64,000 bases of DNA from Leucoraja ocellata. Its lineage: Eukaryota. This document shows, piece by piece, positions 62,947 to 64,000 of the stretch. The stretch covers positions 124,001-188,000 of the forward strand of contig JAWMAR010000611.1 in the NCBI GenBank assembly GCA_036785375.1. The letters are read 5' to 3'. Position 1 is the stretch's first letter. Every line of letters begins with the position of its first letter. A program made the translations under genes and the position numbers. Under the pieces are notes generated by a model. That model saw only the letters and a list, made by a program, of their open reading frames with translations. It was not told the origin of the DNA and ran no database searches.

Positions 62947-64000
62947 TTTTACTTCGGAGTCACGTGAGTGACTACATGAAGAACCCACCAGTACGCATGC
63001 GTGTCATTATTGCTACACGCATTATAACGAGTCATTGGGGGAAGGAAGGACGTTCCTCCCAAACGGCAGGTTTGGAACCTGCAACAGTAGGTAAGAGAAC
63101 TTTGTTTCTTTTTTACTTACCTTTGTTTACAGGAAGGCTGTGGAAAGCTGGCGTGGGAGAGCTGCTATATAGGAGCAGGCAGCCAGCAACGGCCGGTGGC
63201 ACGACAATCTCCCTTGGCGGGAGCCGGTGCGACTTCAGCTCCAGCAAGGGTATGGGTCGCCGACAACCGATGGAGCACTCAGGAGCCGTCAATCTGACGA
63301 TTCGGAAAAGCCCAAGGACCTACAGGGTAAGGAGCGCTACATGGGTCCGTGGGGCTGAGAAATAAAAATAGCAGCGAGCGGTCGGTGCCCGTGAGCACCG
63401 GGTACGCGTTGGAGCTGCTGGGCCTGCGTCGCGAGCGGCCAGTTCCCCGTGAGGACTGCACCGCATTGGAGCACAGCAGGCCCAAGGGGGAAGCAGCGGC
63501 ACAGTGGGGAGCACTGCACCGCGTTAAAACCACCATACCTGCGGTTGTGAGCGGCCAGCTCCCCGAGAGGACTGAACCGCGTTGGAGCACAGCAGGCCCA
63601 CGTGGGAAAGGAGCGGCACAGTGCAGAGCACTGCACCGCGTTAAAACCACCATACCTGCGGTTGCGAGCGGCCAGCTCCCCGAGAGGACTGAACCGCGTT
63701 GGAGCACTGCAGGCTAACGGTACTACAGGCGGCTCAGTGCCGTGAGCACTGCACGGCGCTTTGGAGCACTGCAGGCCAACGGCACTACAGGGGACTCAGT
63801 GCCCGTGAGCACTGCAATGCGTTGACACTGCGGGACCTGCACCTGCGAGAACATACCGCGTTTGCAGCGATGCAGGTCCAAAAAAGAAGAACAAATCCTC
63901 GAGTGGGTAACTCCCATAGCAGCACCTTATACAGGGCTGTATCTCACTTCTACTATTACAGGTAAGTGCTGGAGGAAAAGACAGACTTAGGGAGAAGGAT
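62947..64000 (+). mobile_element. Second DIRS1-like element, 5' part, runs off the window
   Basis: Starts TTTTACTTCGGAGTCACGTGAGTGACT like the element at 45737; about 121-bp internal tandem repeats at 63440-63710. Confidence 0.85.

Overview
Eukaryotic, repeat-dense DNA from a cartilaginous fish, most consistent with a skate or ray (inferred from the Ig sequence and repeat families). The only host gene I can support is a complete, unrearranged IgM heavy-chain cluster on the minus strand (about 7.2-20.5 kb). Its order is leader, VH, D1, D2, JH, Cmu1-4 with secretory tail, TM1 and TM2, all with intact splice sites and RSSs. The rest is mostly transposable elements: CR1, L2-group, Rex1/RTE-like, Penelope, a HERO/NeSL-type REL retrotransposon, two DIRS elements, a Helitron and MITEs. 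At 43.7-55.2 kb these are nested several levels deep. Three observations stand out. (1) The HERO-like 3' UTR holds every hammerhead ribozyme core nucleotide and helix, but in a non-circularly permuted (pseudoknotted) order. (2) A DIRS element with intact termini carries two tandem U2 snRNA 5'-domain copies between duplicated hairpins, plus repeated donor/anti-donor/acceptor micro-modules. (3) A 70-bp inverted duplication in the JH-Cmu intron has a perfect octamer in each arm and is a candidate intronic enhancer. Ig exon, RSS, DIRS, Helitron and ribozyme coordinates were counted by hand; LINE fragment boundaries are approximate.
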